From an uncultured delta proteobacterium (GTDB lineage Bacteria; Myxococcota; Myxococcia; Myxococcales; Anaeromyxobacteraceae): a stretch of DNA of 31,129 nucleotides. Made by a program: the position numbers and the translations under genes. The stretch spans positions 1 to 31,129 of the forward strand of contig CAVYBH010000004.1 in assembly GCA_963766715.1 (NCBI GenBank), read 5' to 3'. Every line of letters begins with the position of its first letter. Positions within the stretch are counted from its first letter, which is position 1. Shown here one piece after another: positions 1-10,718 of this stretch. The notes beneath the pieces were generated by a model. The model worked only from the letters and a program-made list of their open reading frames with translations. It was not told the DNA's origin and did no database searches.

Positions 1-1723
1 GTCCTCTGGATGAGCAACGTGGCGCTTGCGCAGACCCTGGATCAGCAGGCCGCGCAGGCGCAGCCGCCGAGCAGCAGCGGGCGCTCCAGGGGCAGCAGGT
101 CCAGCCGCTGCCGGGCGAGTCGCAGCAAGCCACGGTCCCCCTCGCGCCGGGCACGCCGGGCCGGCGGTGGGCCCGGACAGCCGGGCGGGGCTCTTCCCCT
201 CGCAGAGCCCCTACGGGTTCACCCCGGCGCCCTTCTCGGCCACCCCCGGCGAGGCCGAGGGCGCGCGCACCGACCGGCAGGCCGCTCCGCTCCTGGCACC
301 GGGGGCGACGCCGGTGGACGAGCCGCTCGACCCCGACCGCTACGTGCTCGGTCCGGGCGACGTGCTGGAGCTCCACTTCTGGGGCGTCGAGAACTTCCGG
401 ATGCGCGTGACGGTCGACCTGGAGGGGCGCGCCTTCGTGCCCCGAGGTCGGCTACCTGGTGGTGCGCGGCAAGACGCTCGCCGAGACGCAGGGCATGCTG
501 CGGGAAGGCCGTGGCCCGCTTCTATCCCGAAGCTGGGTTTCGGGGTCAACCTGGCCGAGCCTCGCACCTTCCTCGTGCAGGTGGTCGACGACGTGGCCCG
601 TCCCGGGCCGCAGCAGGCCAAGGCGCTCGACCGCGTCGCCACGGTGATCCTCCGGGCCGGCGGGCTCGGTCCCAATGCCTCGCGGCGCCGCATCGAGGTG
701 AAGCGGCGCGACGGGACCGTGCTCACCGCCGACCTGCTGCTCTACGCGCATCACCGGCGACGTGAAGCACAACCCGTACGTCCTCGACGGCGACGTCGTC
801 CGCGTGCCGTTCCAGACGGTCGTCGCCACCATCTCCGGCGCCGTGAACCGGCCGGGAAGCTACGAGCTGGTGGGGACCGCCGACATCGAGGAGCTGGTGG
901 GCCTGGCCGGCGGGCTCTCCCCGGGCGCCACCCGCGACCTGCCCGTCACGGTGATCCGGCGGTCCGGCGAGGGCAAGCTCTCGCGGTCCACCTACGACTT
1001 CGCCGCCGCAGGCCAGCTCCCGCCGGTCCCGCTCTCTCCCGAGGACAGCGTCTGGGTGCCGTCCTTCTCCGAGCTGCAGCGGTCGATCACCATCACCGGC
1101 GCGCTGGCCGGCGTGGCCGCCAGCGGCACCGGGGCGCCACCGACGGACCGGGACCGCCGGCGGCCGGACGCGGGACGGTGGCCCGGGACGAGGCCGCCGC
1201 GACGCGCCGGCTCGCGTTCGCGCAGGGCGACACGGTCCGCTCGATCCTGGAGCGGGCCGGGGGCCCCGGGCCGCTGGCCAATCTCAAGGGCTCCTACATC
1301 CTCCGGAACATGGTGGCCGTTCCCGTCGACCTCTACGCGGTGGTGATGCTCCGGGATCTCAGCGCCGACCGCCCGGTGGAGCTCGGCGACACCGTCGTCG
1401 TGCCCTTCCGCCGGCAGAGCGTGCTGGTCGAGGGCGCCGTGTTCCGGCCGGGCCCCTATCCCTTCAGCCCGAACTACGGCGTGGAGCAGTACGTGGCGCT
1501 GGCGGGCGGCCTGAACCGCTTCGCGCAGTCGATGGACGACGTCTACGTGGTCACGCCGAACGGCGAGATGAAGGAGTTCGCCCCGGATCTGAAAATCGAT
1601 CCCGGCGCGTCGCTGGTGGTGCCCGAGCGGAACTTCTCCCGCGCCGAGGTCGTATCCCTCATCCTGGCCGGCGCGGGCTTGCTCCTGAGCGCGGCCACGA
1701 TCTTCATCTCCCTGCGCAAATGA
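1..1723 (+). CDS. Polysaccharide export protein, OPX/Wza-KpsD-like with multiple SLBB domains (5' truncated, several frameshifts)
   Basis: Stitched from ORFs 10..765, 26..1723, 459..647 and 762..1346. It shows the Poly_export motif 'DRYVLGPGDVLELHFWG..VTVDLEGRAFVP', SLBB repeats ('NPYVLDGDVVRVP..ISGAVNRPGSYEL', 'DRPVELGDTVVVP..VLVEGAVFRPGPYPF..YVALAGG') and a C-terminal hydrophobic helix. The frame is open from base 1 (VLWMSNVALA|QT, signal-peptide-like), so the start is probably upstream. Confidence 0.85.
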
Positions 1724-2958
1724 ACGAGGTTCCTCGCCCCGTGCCTGGCTTCCCGCTCCTTCGCGATCGCAAGGCCATGACCCGCGTCGCCGCCGTGACG
1801 GTCCTGTTCGCGGTGGCGGGCTTCGTCTACGGGGCCCTCGCCAAGCCCTGGTACCGGCCGGCGCTGACAATCGTGCCGGTGTCGGCGCCCAAGTCGCTGG
1901 GCATCGCCAGCCTGCTCGGCGGGGAGATCGGCGGGATTGCCGCCGGGATGGCGGCCGCCGGTGGCGCCAGCGCCGACGCCGCGCGGATCGTCGCCGTCCT
2001 CCAGAGCGACTCGGTGACCGACGCGGCCATCGACAAGTACGACCTCATGAAGCGCTTCGGGATGAAGTTCCGGGAGTCGGCTCGCGAGGAGGTGTGGCGA
2101 CGCTGCGAGGCCCGGGTGCTCCCCAAGCCCAACCTGATCCAGGTGTCCTGCGAGGACACCGACCCGGCCTTCGCGCAGGAGCTGGTCACGTTCCTGGCCG
2201 AGCACGGCAACCGGGTGTTTCGCCGCGTGAGCCGGAGCTCCGAGTCGGAGGAGGTGGCGCTTCCTCGAGGCCCGCGCGGTCGAGCTCCGCCAGCAGGCCG
2301 ACGAGAGCGCCGAAAGGTCCGCGAGTTCCAGGAGACCCACAGGCTCGTCGACCTGGACGCCCAGGCCAAGGCGGTCGTCGCCGAGGTGGCCATCCTTCAC
2401 AATCAGCGCATCCGCAAGCAGATGGAGCTCGGCTACGCGCGGACCTACACGTCCCCGGACGAGCCCACCACGAGGCAGCTCGAGTCGCAGCTGTCGGTGG
2501 TGGACGAGAAGCTGCTCGACCTCGAGACCCGGCCGCCGCCCCTGCGCCGAAGACCGGCGCCGCCGGGTGGGGTGTGCGGCGTGTCGCGCGGCAACCGGCC
2601 GGGCATGTTCCCGGCCGCGACCGCGGTCCCGCAGCTCCGCGCCGAGTACGAGAAGCTCTACCGGGACCGGAAGGTCGCCGAGGCCACGCTGGTCTACGTC
2701 CTCGAGCGGCTCGAGGGCGCCAAGGCAGCCGAGGCCCGGAACGTCTCCACGTTCCAAATCCTCGACCCCGCCTCCCCGGCCACCCGGAAGACGAGGCCGT
2801 TCCGGTCGCTCATCCTGATCGGCGCCACCTTCCTGGGGTTCGCCGGCTCCATGATCTTCGAGTGGTGGAGGGCGGGAGGCGCGGCGAACCTGTCGCGACT
2901 CCTCCGGCCGCAGCCCACCCCGTCCCGCGACGGCCAGGGCGCCCGGAAGGCCGGGTGA
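1720..2958 (+). CDS. Polysaccharide co-polymerase / chain-length determinant (Wzz/Wzc N-terminal type, no tyrosine kinase domain)
   Basis: ATGA overlap with the upstream stop. N-terminal TM helix, coiled-coil periplasmic region, 'FQILDPASPATRKTRPFRSLIL' proline-rich motif before the second TM helix (GNVR-like). Short cytoplasmic tail with no Walker A. Probable compensating frameshifts near 2265-2310 and 2540-2590. Confidence 0.85.
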   Translation: MNEVPRPVPGFPLLRDRKAMTRVAAVTVLFAVAGFVYGALAKPWYRPALTIVPVSAPKSLGIASLLGGEIGGIAAGMAAAGGASADAARIVAVLQSDSVTDAAIDKYDLMKRFGMKFRESAREEVWRRCEARVLPKPNLIQVSCEDTDPAFAQELVTFLAEHGNRVFRRVSRSSESEEVALPRGPRGRAPPAGRRERRKVREFQETHRLVDLDAQAKAVVAEVAILHNQRIRKQMELGYARTYTSPDEPTTRQLESQLSVVDEKLLDLETRPPPLRRRPAPPGGVCGVSRGNRPGMFPAATAVPQLRAEYEKLYRDRKVAEATLVYVLERLEGAKAAEARNVSTFQILDPASPATRKTRPFRSLILIGATFLGFAGSMIFEWWRAGGAANLSRLLRPQPTPSRDGQGARKAG

Positions 2959-2965
2959 GGTCGGC

Positions 2966-3999
2966 TTGAAACCCGCTGGGGCCAGGCTCCTCACCATCGC
3001 CATCCCGACGTACAACCGGGCCCAGTTCCTGGATCGGTGCCTGGAGCACGTCTGCAAGCAGCTGCCGGGCCGGGAGGGCGAGGTCGACGTGCTGGTGTCG
3101 GACAACTGCTCCACCGACGGCACCGGCGACGTGGTCCGCAGGCACCAGGCGGGGGGCGCGCACATCCGCTACCAGCGGAACGGCGAGAACATCGGCCCCG
3201 ACCGGAACATCGCCCAGTGCTACCAGCTGCCCGAGACCGACTACGTGCTGGTCCTCGGCGACGACGACATCCTGCTCGACGGCTCGCTCGACCGGATCCT
3301 CCGCGTGCTCCGGACCGGGCCGTACGGGGTGGTCTACATCGACGGGTACGGGTTCGACGAGGATCACGTGGCGGAGGCGCCGCCCCGGCCGAGGCCGCCC
3401 GGCTGCTCGTGTACCAGGGGCGCGAGCCGTTCGCCGAGCGGGTGAACTACTACGTCACGTTCGTGTCCGGGAACATCGTGAACAGGACGTTCATCGACCC
3501 CGCCATCCGGGTCGAGGACTTCCACGACACGAACCTCGGTCAGTCGGTGCTCATCCTCTCGGCCATGTTCAACGCCCCGCGAAACGCCTTCGTCGACGCC
3601 CACGTCCTCGCGGCCCGGAACAACCAGGGAGCGAGCTACGACGTCTGCCGGGTGTTCGGCACGAACCTCGACAAGGTGCTGCGCCACTTCCGCTCCGCGC
3701 CGGAGGGAGAGGCGTGCATCCGGGTCATCCAGCGCAACCTGCTGCTCCGCTTCCTGCCCGGGCTCCTCTACGCCATCCGGGCCGGGACCATGCAGTTCGG
3801 CGCCCAGGACGCCTATGCAGTCCTGAAGCAGGTGTTCCGGACCAATCCCTGGTTCTGGCTCTTCACCGCGCCCATCCTCCGGCTGCCGCTCCCGCTCGCG
3901 CGCCTGTGGCTCCAGCTCACCAAGGTGGCCCAGCGGGTCGCGAACGTCGTCCGGAGGTTCACCGACCGGCCGCAGGTGGTCGACCTGGAGACGACATGA
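2966..3999 (+). CDS. GT2 glycosyltransferase (RfbV/WbaV dideoxyhexosyltransferase-like)
   Basis: 'LLTIAIPTYNRAQFL..VSDNCSTDGT..NIGPDRNI..VLGDDD' GT2 motifs. Frameshift near 3400 joins ORF 2966..3445 to 3037..3999. Confidence 0.85.
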
Positions 4000-5302
4000 A
4001 CGCCGTGTTCACCATCGTCGCCCGGAACTTCCTGGCCCAGGCGCGGACGCTCGGAGACTCGCTCGCGCAGACCTGCCCGGGCCTGCCCTTCCACGTCATC
4101 CTGGCCGACGAGGCGGGGGACGAGCTCGACCTGTCGCGGGAGCGGTACCCGACGGTGGAGGCGAAGGACATCGGCCTCCCGGCCTACCGGGACATGGCCT
4201 TCAAGTACGACCTCGTGGAGTTCGCGACCTCCATCAAGCCCTTCGTCTTCGATCACCTGTTCCGGCGGCACGGGTACGAGAAGGTCCTCTACGTCGATCC
4301 CGGACATGTTCGCGTACCGGAGCCTCGACGAGGTCTTTGACGCGCTCGACGAGCACTTCATCGTCCTCACGCCGCACATGCTCGACATCGCCCGGAGCGG
4401 CCAGGGCGCCATCTCCGAGGAGACCATCCTCTTCGTGGGGACCTACAACCTCGGCTTCGTGGGGATCAGGTCCAGCCCGGAAGGGCGGACCGTGGTCGAC
4501 TGGTGGAAGACCCGGCTCGCCACGAAGGGATACGCCGACCGGTGGGACGCGCTGCACGTCGACCAGAAGTGGATGGACCTCGTCCCCGGCTTCTTCGAGC
4601 GGGGCGTCCTCGTCTCCCGTCACCCCGGCCTGAACGCGGCCCACTGGAACATGCACGAGCGGGAGATGACGGTCGTGGACGGCGAGTACCGGCTGAACGG
4701 CCAGCCGCTGATCCTCTTCCACTTCTCCGGCTTCGACCCGAGCCAGCCGGACAAGGTCACCGGGTCGCACAAGCAGAGCCTCGTCACCCTCGACGACCTG
4801 CCGGCGTACCGCCCCATCTTCCTCGCCTACGCCGAGCACCTGGCGAGGAACCAGGACGCGGCCTCGCGCCTCCCGTACACCTTCCACCGCTTCCGGGACG
4901 GCACGCGGATCTACGCCTTCCACCGCCGCCTGTATCGCCGGCTCACCGAGAACGGGTTCCGCTTCGAGGACCCGTTCGCGGTGGGCCCGGGCACCTTCCA
5001 CGAGCACCTCCGAGAGGAACGGGCTCCTCATGGGCTCGGAAGGGAAGGGCGGCGAGATCCGGCAGAAGGACATCCCCAACGCCGGGCGAAAGCTCGCGGT
5101 CCTCAAGTCCGGGCTTCGGCTCCTGAAGCGCGTGATCGGGATCCGGTACTACACCCTCCTGCTCCGCACGCTGCTCGTCCTCTGCCGCCCCGAGGAGCAG
5201 GTCTTCCTCCTCGACACGCTCGACGTCGACCTCGCGCCCCGCTTCGGGATGATCCCCGGCGCGGCCCCGGCACCGGAGAAAGATGCCTCTCCGAAGGGCT
5301 AG
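3996..5302 (+). CDS. Putative GT-A fold glycosyltransferase (conserved hypothetical of polysaccharide loci)
   Basis: ATG 3996 overlaps the upstream TGA. 'MNAVFTIVARNFLAQARTL..KYDLVEFATSIKPF..LYVDPD..IVLTPH..GTYNLGF..DQKWMDLVP..FHFSG' includes a DxD motif. Frameshifts near 4300 and 5015; stop TAG 5302. Confidence 0.7.
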
Positions 5303-5320
5303 GATCGGGGGCGAGCGGCC

Positions 5321-6468
5321 ATGCGCGTAGCCTTCTGGGCGGACATGCTCTACTACCGCCTGGCCGCCGGAACCACCCGGTACGCCGGGAGGTTGAGCGC
5401 CGAGCTCATGCGCCTGGGCACGGTCGATCTCCGGCCGTACACGCTCTTCGCGCCGGACGTCGTTCGCAGCGAGGCGAAGGCCCGGGGCTATCCCGAGGCG
5501 GAGAGCATCGGAGGCGGGATCTCCCGGCAGGCGCAGTATCTCCGCTGGATGGCGGGGCTCGCCGGCCCCTGGAAGGACATGGCGGCCCAGGCCGACCTGA
5601 TCCACGTCCCCAACCTGCTCGCCGTGCCCCGCTCCCGGGCTCCCCTGCTCTTCACCCTCCACGACCTGACGTTCCTGACCTTTCCTTCCTTCCACAACCG
5701 CCGCACGCGCCTCATGTCTCGCTGGGCGCTGCGCCAGGCGGTCCGGAACGCGGACGCCTTCGTCACCGACGCGGAGTTCACGGCGAGAGAGATGGTGCGG
5801 ACCACCGGCGTCGGACGCGAGAAGATCCACGTGATCCCGCTGGCGGCCGACGAGGCCTTCCGCCCCACCGAGGACGCCGGCTGCCTCTCCCGCCTCGGGA
5901 TCGAGACGCCCTTCGTCCTGTACGTGGGGACGCTCGAGCCGCGGAAGAACCTCCCGCTCCTGATCCGGGCCTTCGCCGCCCTGCAGCGGACGGAGGCGAA
6001 GCTCGTCATCGCCGGCACGAAGGGCTGGATGTTCGAGGAGATCTTCGCGCTCGTCGAGCAGCTGAATCTGACCTCGCGGGTGATCTTCACCGGGTTCGTC
6101 CCGGACGAGGACCTGCCGGCGCTCCTCAGCGCGGCGGAGGTCTTCGTCTATCCCTCGCTGCACGAGGGGTTCGGGCTGCCGGTGCTGGAGGCCATGCAGT
6201 GCGGCGCGCCCGTCATCACCACGAACGTCTCGTCGCTCCCCGAGGTGGCCGGCGACGCGGCGCTGCTCGTGTCGCCGGACGACGTGGCGGGGCTCTCCGT
6301 CGGCGCTCTCCCGGGTGCTGGCCGAGCCCGCGCTGCGGGCCGATCTGAGGGGGCGCTCGCTCGAGCAGGCGCGGCGCTTCTCCTGGCGCGAGACCGCCGA
6401 GCGGACCGCGGAGGTGTATCGTCGGGTCGGCCACCCGCGCGGCGGCGGGAGCCAGGGGCGGCCGATGA
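5321..6468 (+). CDS. GT4 glycosyltransferase (MtfB/WbdB mannosyltransferase-like)
   Basis: '[12 protein letters not shown]', '[39 protein letters not shown]' (EX7E), '[16 protein letters not shown]'. Frameshift near 6300. The end is inferred from the ATGA overlap at 6465-6468. Confidence 0.9.
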
Positions 6469-7760
6469 CGGTCGTGTACGTGATCAACATCGTGGCCGCG
6501 CTCGTCCTGCCGCTCTGGCCGATCTGGTTCGCCCGGCGCGAGGTCGGGCTCACCTGGCTCAACCCCATCTCGATCTCCACGGCGATCGGCATTCCGGTCC
6601 AGCTCATGATCATCGTCGGCGGCCCGATGGCGCTGCTCGACGGAGGGCTCTTCCACGGCGGCTACCAGTACGGGCTGCTCATGGCGAACCTGCTCTCCTC
6701 ATGCAGCTGGCCGAGCGCCATCGTCTTCTTCCGCCTCTCCGACACGCTCGCGATGGAGCGGTTCCTGCCCTTCCAGCGGGTCCCGCTCACGCCGGCCGAC
6801 CTGCGGCGGGGCGCCATCTTCTTCCTGCTCGTCTTCGCCGCCGCCATGTACCTGCTCGCCAGCGCCGAGTTCGGGGTGGTGAACTGGATCCTGAACCCGC
6901 GCGAGGGCTACCAGCTCTACCGGGTCGGGCACGGTCACTGGTACGCGCTCGCCACCTCCGCGCTGGCCGCCTCGATCGCGCTGGCCTTCCTGGGCGGCGG
7001 GACGGTGGCCACGGTGCTCGCCGCCACGGGCTTCTACGTGGTGATGGGGTACTTCCTCGGGTCGAAGGGCGTCCTCCTCTCCATCTTCGCCACCGCCACC
7101 ATCTTCCTGTGGTTCCTGCGCTGGCGCCCGTTGATCTGGGTGATGGCTGGCTGGGCACGCCGCTCGTCTTCGGGCTCATGGTCGTGAACCTCTACCTCTC
7201 CACCGGCGACGCGCTGGAGATGGAGTCGATCACGAGCTACTTCAGCCACATGGTGAACGCGGCGGAGTACTACCGGGCCTACCTGAATCACGAGGTGGCG
7301 CTCTTCCACGGGGAGGTGGCGCTCAGCTCGCTGTGGACCTACGTGCCGCGGGCGCTCATGCCGGACAAGCCCATGGTGTACGGCGTGACGCTCATCAACG
7401 ACATCTACTTCCCGGGCGGCGCCGAGGCGACCAACACGCCGGCCTTCGCAGGGGCGGTGGAGCAGCACGCCGACTTCGGGCCGATCGGCGTGATCCTGTT
7501 CGGGTTCCTCAGCCCCGCGGCGATCATGACTGGGCATCCTGTCCCACCTCATCTTCCGGCGGCCGGGGCTCGACCTGCGCCACGTCACGCTGGGCTCGGT
7601 GGTGCTGGTGCTCGTCCAGTACGCGCCCCATTTCGGGAACTTCATGCCCACGGGGATCTACCTGGCCATGCTGGCGTTCGTCTCGGGCGCCCTGATCGTG
7701 CTGCGGCGTCCGGTCGAGGAGCCCGAGGAATCCGGGGAACCCGGGGAGGTCCAGGGGTGA
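6465..7760 (+). CDS. wzy: O-antigen polymerase Wzy (Salmonella Rfc-like)
   Basis: Multi-TM protein stitched over frameshifts near 7150 and 7530. Motifs '[16 protein letters not shown]', '[12 protein letters not shown]' and '[24 protein letters not shown]' resemble Rfc as I recall it. Stop TGA 7758-7760. Confidence 0.8.
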
Positions 7761-7762
7761 TC

Positions 7763-8411
7763 ATGCTGAAGAGGATCGCGAACCAGGTGCTCGACGCGCT
7801 GTCGGCGCTTGCTGGCCGGGCTGACGTCCCTGCGGCTCCTGCACCTCAAGAACCGGGTGATCGACCGCGCCTACAGCCGCGTGGTGAAGCGCTCGCTCGG
7901 GCAGGCCGGCGACCAGTTCTCGATCATGTACCCGGCCGACATCCTGGGCGAGAAGTACATCCGCGTCGGGAGGAACTTCAGCGCCTTCCGGCGGCTGCGG
8001 ATCGAGGCGTACGACACGCATCTCGGGCACGCCTACCAGCCGTCGATCGTCATCGGCGACGACGTCAGCATCAACTTCGACTGCCACATCGGGTGCGTGA
8101 ACCGGATCGTCATCGGGAACGGCGTCCTGATGGCGAGCAAGATCTTCATCACCGACCACATGCACGGCGAGGTGACCGCGGAGGCGCTCGCGACGCCGCC
8201 CTCGGCCCGCCGGGTGGTCTCGCCGGGACCGGTGATCATCGGCGACAACGTCTGGATCGGCGAGGGCGTGTGCATCATGCCCAACGTGACCATCGGGAAG
8301 AACGCCATCATCGGCGCGAACGCGGTGGTGACGACCTCCATCCCGGAGAACGCGGTGGCGGTGGGCGTCCCGGCCCGGGTGATCAAGGTGCTGGGACGGG
8401 AGCCCCCTTGA
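7763..8411 (+). CDS. Hexapeptide-repeat (LbH) O-acetyltransferase
   Basis: 'IVIGDDVSINFDCHIGCVNRIVIGNGVLMASKIFITDH', 'VIIGDNVWIGEGVCIMPNVTIGKNAIIGANAVVT..VGVPARVIK'. Frameshift near 7810. Confidence 0.9.
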
Positions 8412-9475
8412 TCGAGATCGACGGCATCATCTTCTCGCTGCAGCGCCACGGCGGGGTGAGCGTGTACACGCCGGGAGCTCGTCGACCGGCTCGGGAGCGA
8501 CGGGGCGGCCCGCGATCCTGTCCCTCGTCGCGCCCAACCACCTCGGCGCCGACCTGCCCGGGGCGGGGAAGGTGACGACGCGGACGCGCCCGGCGCGACG
8601 CCTCGAGCGCTACCGGTCCTTCTCGCCGTCGGCCGACGCCACGCTGGCCCACTCGACCTACTACCGGGTTCCGTCCGGCTCGCGCGTGCCGCTCGCTCAC
8701 CACCGTCTACGACTTCGTCTACGAGCGCTACTTCGACGGCCCGGCGCTCTGGGTGCACAGGGCCCAGAAGCGGCGGGCCATCCTCCGGTCGGAGGCGGTG
8801 ATCTGCATCTCGCACGCCACCCGGTCGGACCTGCTGCGCTTCGTGCCCGGGGCCGATCCCCGGAGGATCCACGTCGTGCACCTGGGCGCCGGGGAGGCCT
8901 TCCGGCCCGTCGAGGTCGAGCCGCCGCCGCGCCCCTTCGTCCTCTTCGTGGGCAAGCGGCAGGGCTACAAGAACTTCCAGCTGCTCCTCGACGCGTCGAG
9001 GGATCTCCAGGACTGGGACGTGCTCTGCGTGGGTGGCGAGGCGCCCGGCGATCGCGACTTCACGCCGCTGCCGGCACTGGGCCGGGGAGCGCGTGCGCCT
9101 CCTCGGCGTGGTGGACGACGTGGCGCTCAACCGGCTCTACAACCAGGCCATCTGCCTGGCCTACACGTCGGGGTACGAGGGCTTCGGGATCCCGGTCATC
9201 GAGGCGATGCGGGCCGGCTGCCCGGTCGTCACCTCCGGGTGCGCGTCGGTGATGGAGGTCGCGAACGGGGCCTGCCGGGTGGTGGCGCCCGACGACCCGG
9301 GAGCGCTCGCCCGCACCTGCCAGGAGGTCGCCCGGCCGCAGGCGCGCGAGGAGCTCCGCCAGGCGGGCTTCACGACCGCGAAGGGCTTCACCTGGGACCG
9401 CTGCTACCGGGAGACGGTGGCGATCTACGACGAGGTGGAGCGGGGCGGGCCCGGGCCCGCAAGAGCGCCTCGTAG
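8408..9475 (+). CDS. GT4 glycosyltransferase
   Basis: TTG start overlaps the upstream stop. 'IEIDGIIFSLQRHGGVSVY', 'HSTYYR', 'TVYDF', 'LFVGKRQGYKNF', 'YEGFGIPVIEAMRAGCPV', 'FTWDRCYRETVAIY'. Several frameshifts; the end at 9475 assumes one missing base near 9450. Confidence 0.85.
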
Positions 9476-10681
9476 GCGTCGACGATCGGCTCCCGGGCGT
9501 TCTCCTTCTCGAAGACGGCGCTGGCTCGCCGGCCCCATTCGGCCAGGCGATCGCGGTCTCGCCGCGCCTCGCGGATCCCCTCGACGATGGCCGGTGGCGT
9601 CGCGGGCGGGGTGACGAGGCCGAATCCGCCGCGGCGGACCAGCCGGGCCGAGTCGCAGTCGTCGTCGACCGCGACCAGCACCGGGCGCCCGGCCGCCATG
9701 TAGCCCTGCAGCTTGCTCGGCACGGACGCACGCCCCCGGCCGGGGAGGAGCGTGAGGAGCGACAGGTCGGAGCTCGCCTGCACCTCGGCGAGCCGTTCCC
9801 GGGGCTGGTAGGGGAGCAGGCGCAGGTTCGGCGGCAGCGCGCCGGCCCGCCGCCGCTCGTCGAGGGCCCGCCACGCCGAGCCGCCGCCCACCAGGACCAG
9901 GTCCACGTCGGCGTCCACGCGCCGGGCCACGTCCTCCAGCAGCTCCGCGCCGGAGATGAGGCCGGCCGTGCCCGAGTAGAGGACCACGAACCGCTCCGGG
10001 CCGATCCCGGCCTCGCGGCGCCACCGGTTGTCCCGCTCGCCGGGGCGGATCTCGTCCGGGTCGAGCCAGACGGGCAGGGCGGAGATGCGCCCCGGGGCGA
10101 TCCCGTGCCCGGCGACGAGGGCGTCCCGGGTGGACTCGCCGAGGACGACCAGGTGGTCGGAGAGCCGGTACTGGAGCCGCTCGACGGCGCGCGCGGCGCC
10201 GACGAGGAGCGGATTGCGGATGGCCCCCGACTCGACCGCCACGTCGGGGTAGAGGTCGTGGATGACGGTCACGAGCGGCACGCCCCAGGCCGCGGCGAGC
10301 AGCCCCGAGAGCACCGGTCCGAGCAGCGGGGGGCCGCCGAAGCTCAGGACCACGTCGGGGCGGCCCGTGGTGGCGGCGCGCCATCGCGGTGGAGACGCTC
10401 TGCGCCGCCATGACGCAGGCGCGGGCGGCGATGCGCCGGCTCTCGAAGGTGGGGTGCCACAGGCGCACCACCCGGTAGCCGTCCTGCTCGTTCGTCCGCC
10501 AGGGCTTCCGGTATCCGTCCGGGACCTTGCCCGACCCGTGGTGGGGGAGCCCGGCCGCGACGGTGACGTCGAGCCCGCGCCGCGCCAGCCCGGCCGCCAG
10601 CTCGGCCGCCATGACCGCGGTGGGATGGATCTCGGGGGGGAAGACCTGCGTGGTGACGAGGACCCGGGGTGCCAGTTGCAC
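9425..10681 (-). CDS. GT4 glycosyltransferase, WbuB/WcaI-like
   Basis: 'VLVTTQVFPPEIHPTA', 'IHDLYPDVAV', 'VVLYSGTAG', 'PYQPRERL', 'SVPSKLQGYMAAGRPVL'. Frameshift near 10380. Stop at 9425, or at 9388 without the inferred indel. Confidence 0.85.
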   Translation of the reverse strand: MQLAPRVLVTTQVFPPEIHPTAVMAAELAAGLARRGLDVTVAAGLPHHGSGKVPDGYRKPWRTNEQDGYRVVRLWHPTFESRRIAARACVMAAQSVSTAMARRHHGPPRRGPELRRPPAARTGALGAARRGLGRAARDRHPRPLPRRGGRVGGHPQSAPRRRRARRRAAPVPALRPPGRPRRVHPGRPRRRARDRPGAHLRPARLARPGRDPPRRAGQPVAPRGRDRPGAVRGPLLGHGRPHLRRGAAGGRGPARGRRRGPGPGGRRLGVAGPRRAAAGRRAAAEPAPAPLPAPGTARRGAGELRPVAPHAPPRPGACVRAEQAAGLHGGRAPGAGRGRRRLRLGPAGPPRRIRPRHPARDATGHRRGDPRGAARPRSPGRMGPASQRRLREGERPGADRRRLRGALAGPGPPRSTSS

Positions 10682-10718
10682 CGGACGATGCTACACACGT
10701 AGCTCTCGCCGGGAAACC

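Noticed and set aside
6315..7187. Apparent in-frame fusion of the GT4 C-terminus to Wzy
   Set aside because: An ATGA at 6465-6468 matches the coupling pattern used across the locus; one indel explains the read-through.
7716..7757. Imperfect 9-bp tandem repeat at the wzy 3' end
   Set aside because: It only encodes a low-complexity [11 protein letters not shown] tail; too short and degenerate to call a repeat element.
5321..8575. 1084-aa ORF suggesting a giant GT4-Wzy-GT fusion
   Set aside because: It passes through out-of-frame Arg/Pro/Gly-rich stretches. Frameshifts join four separate genes that have their own start/stop overlaps.
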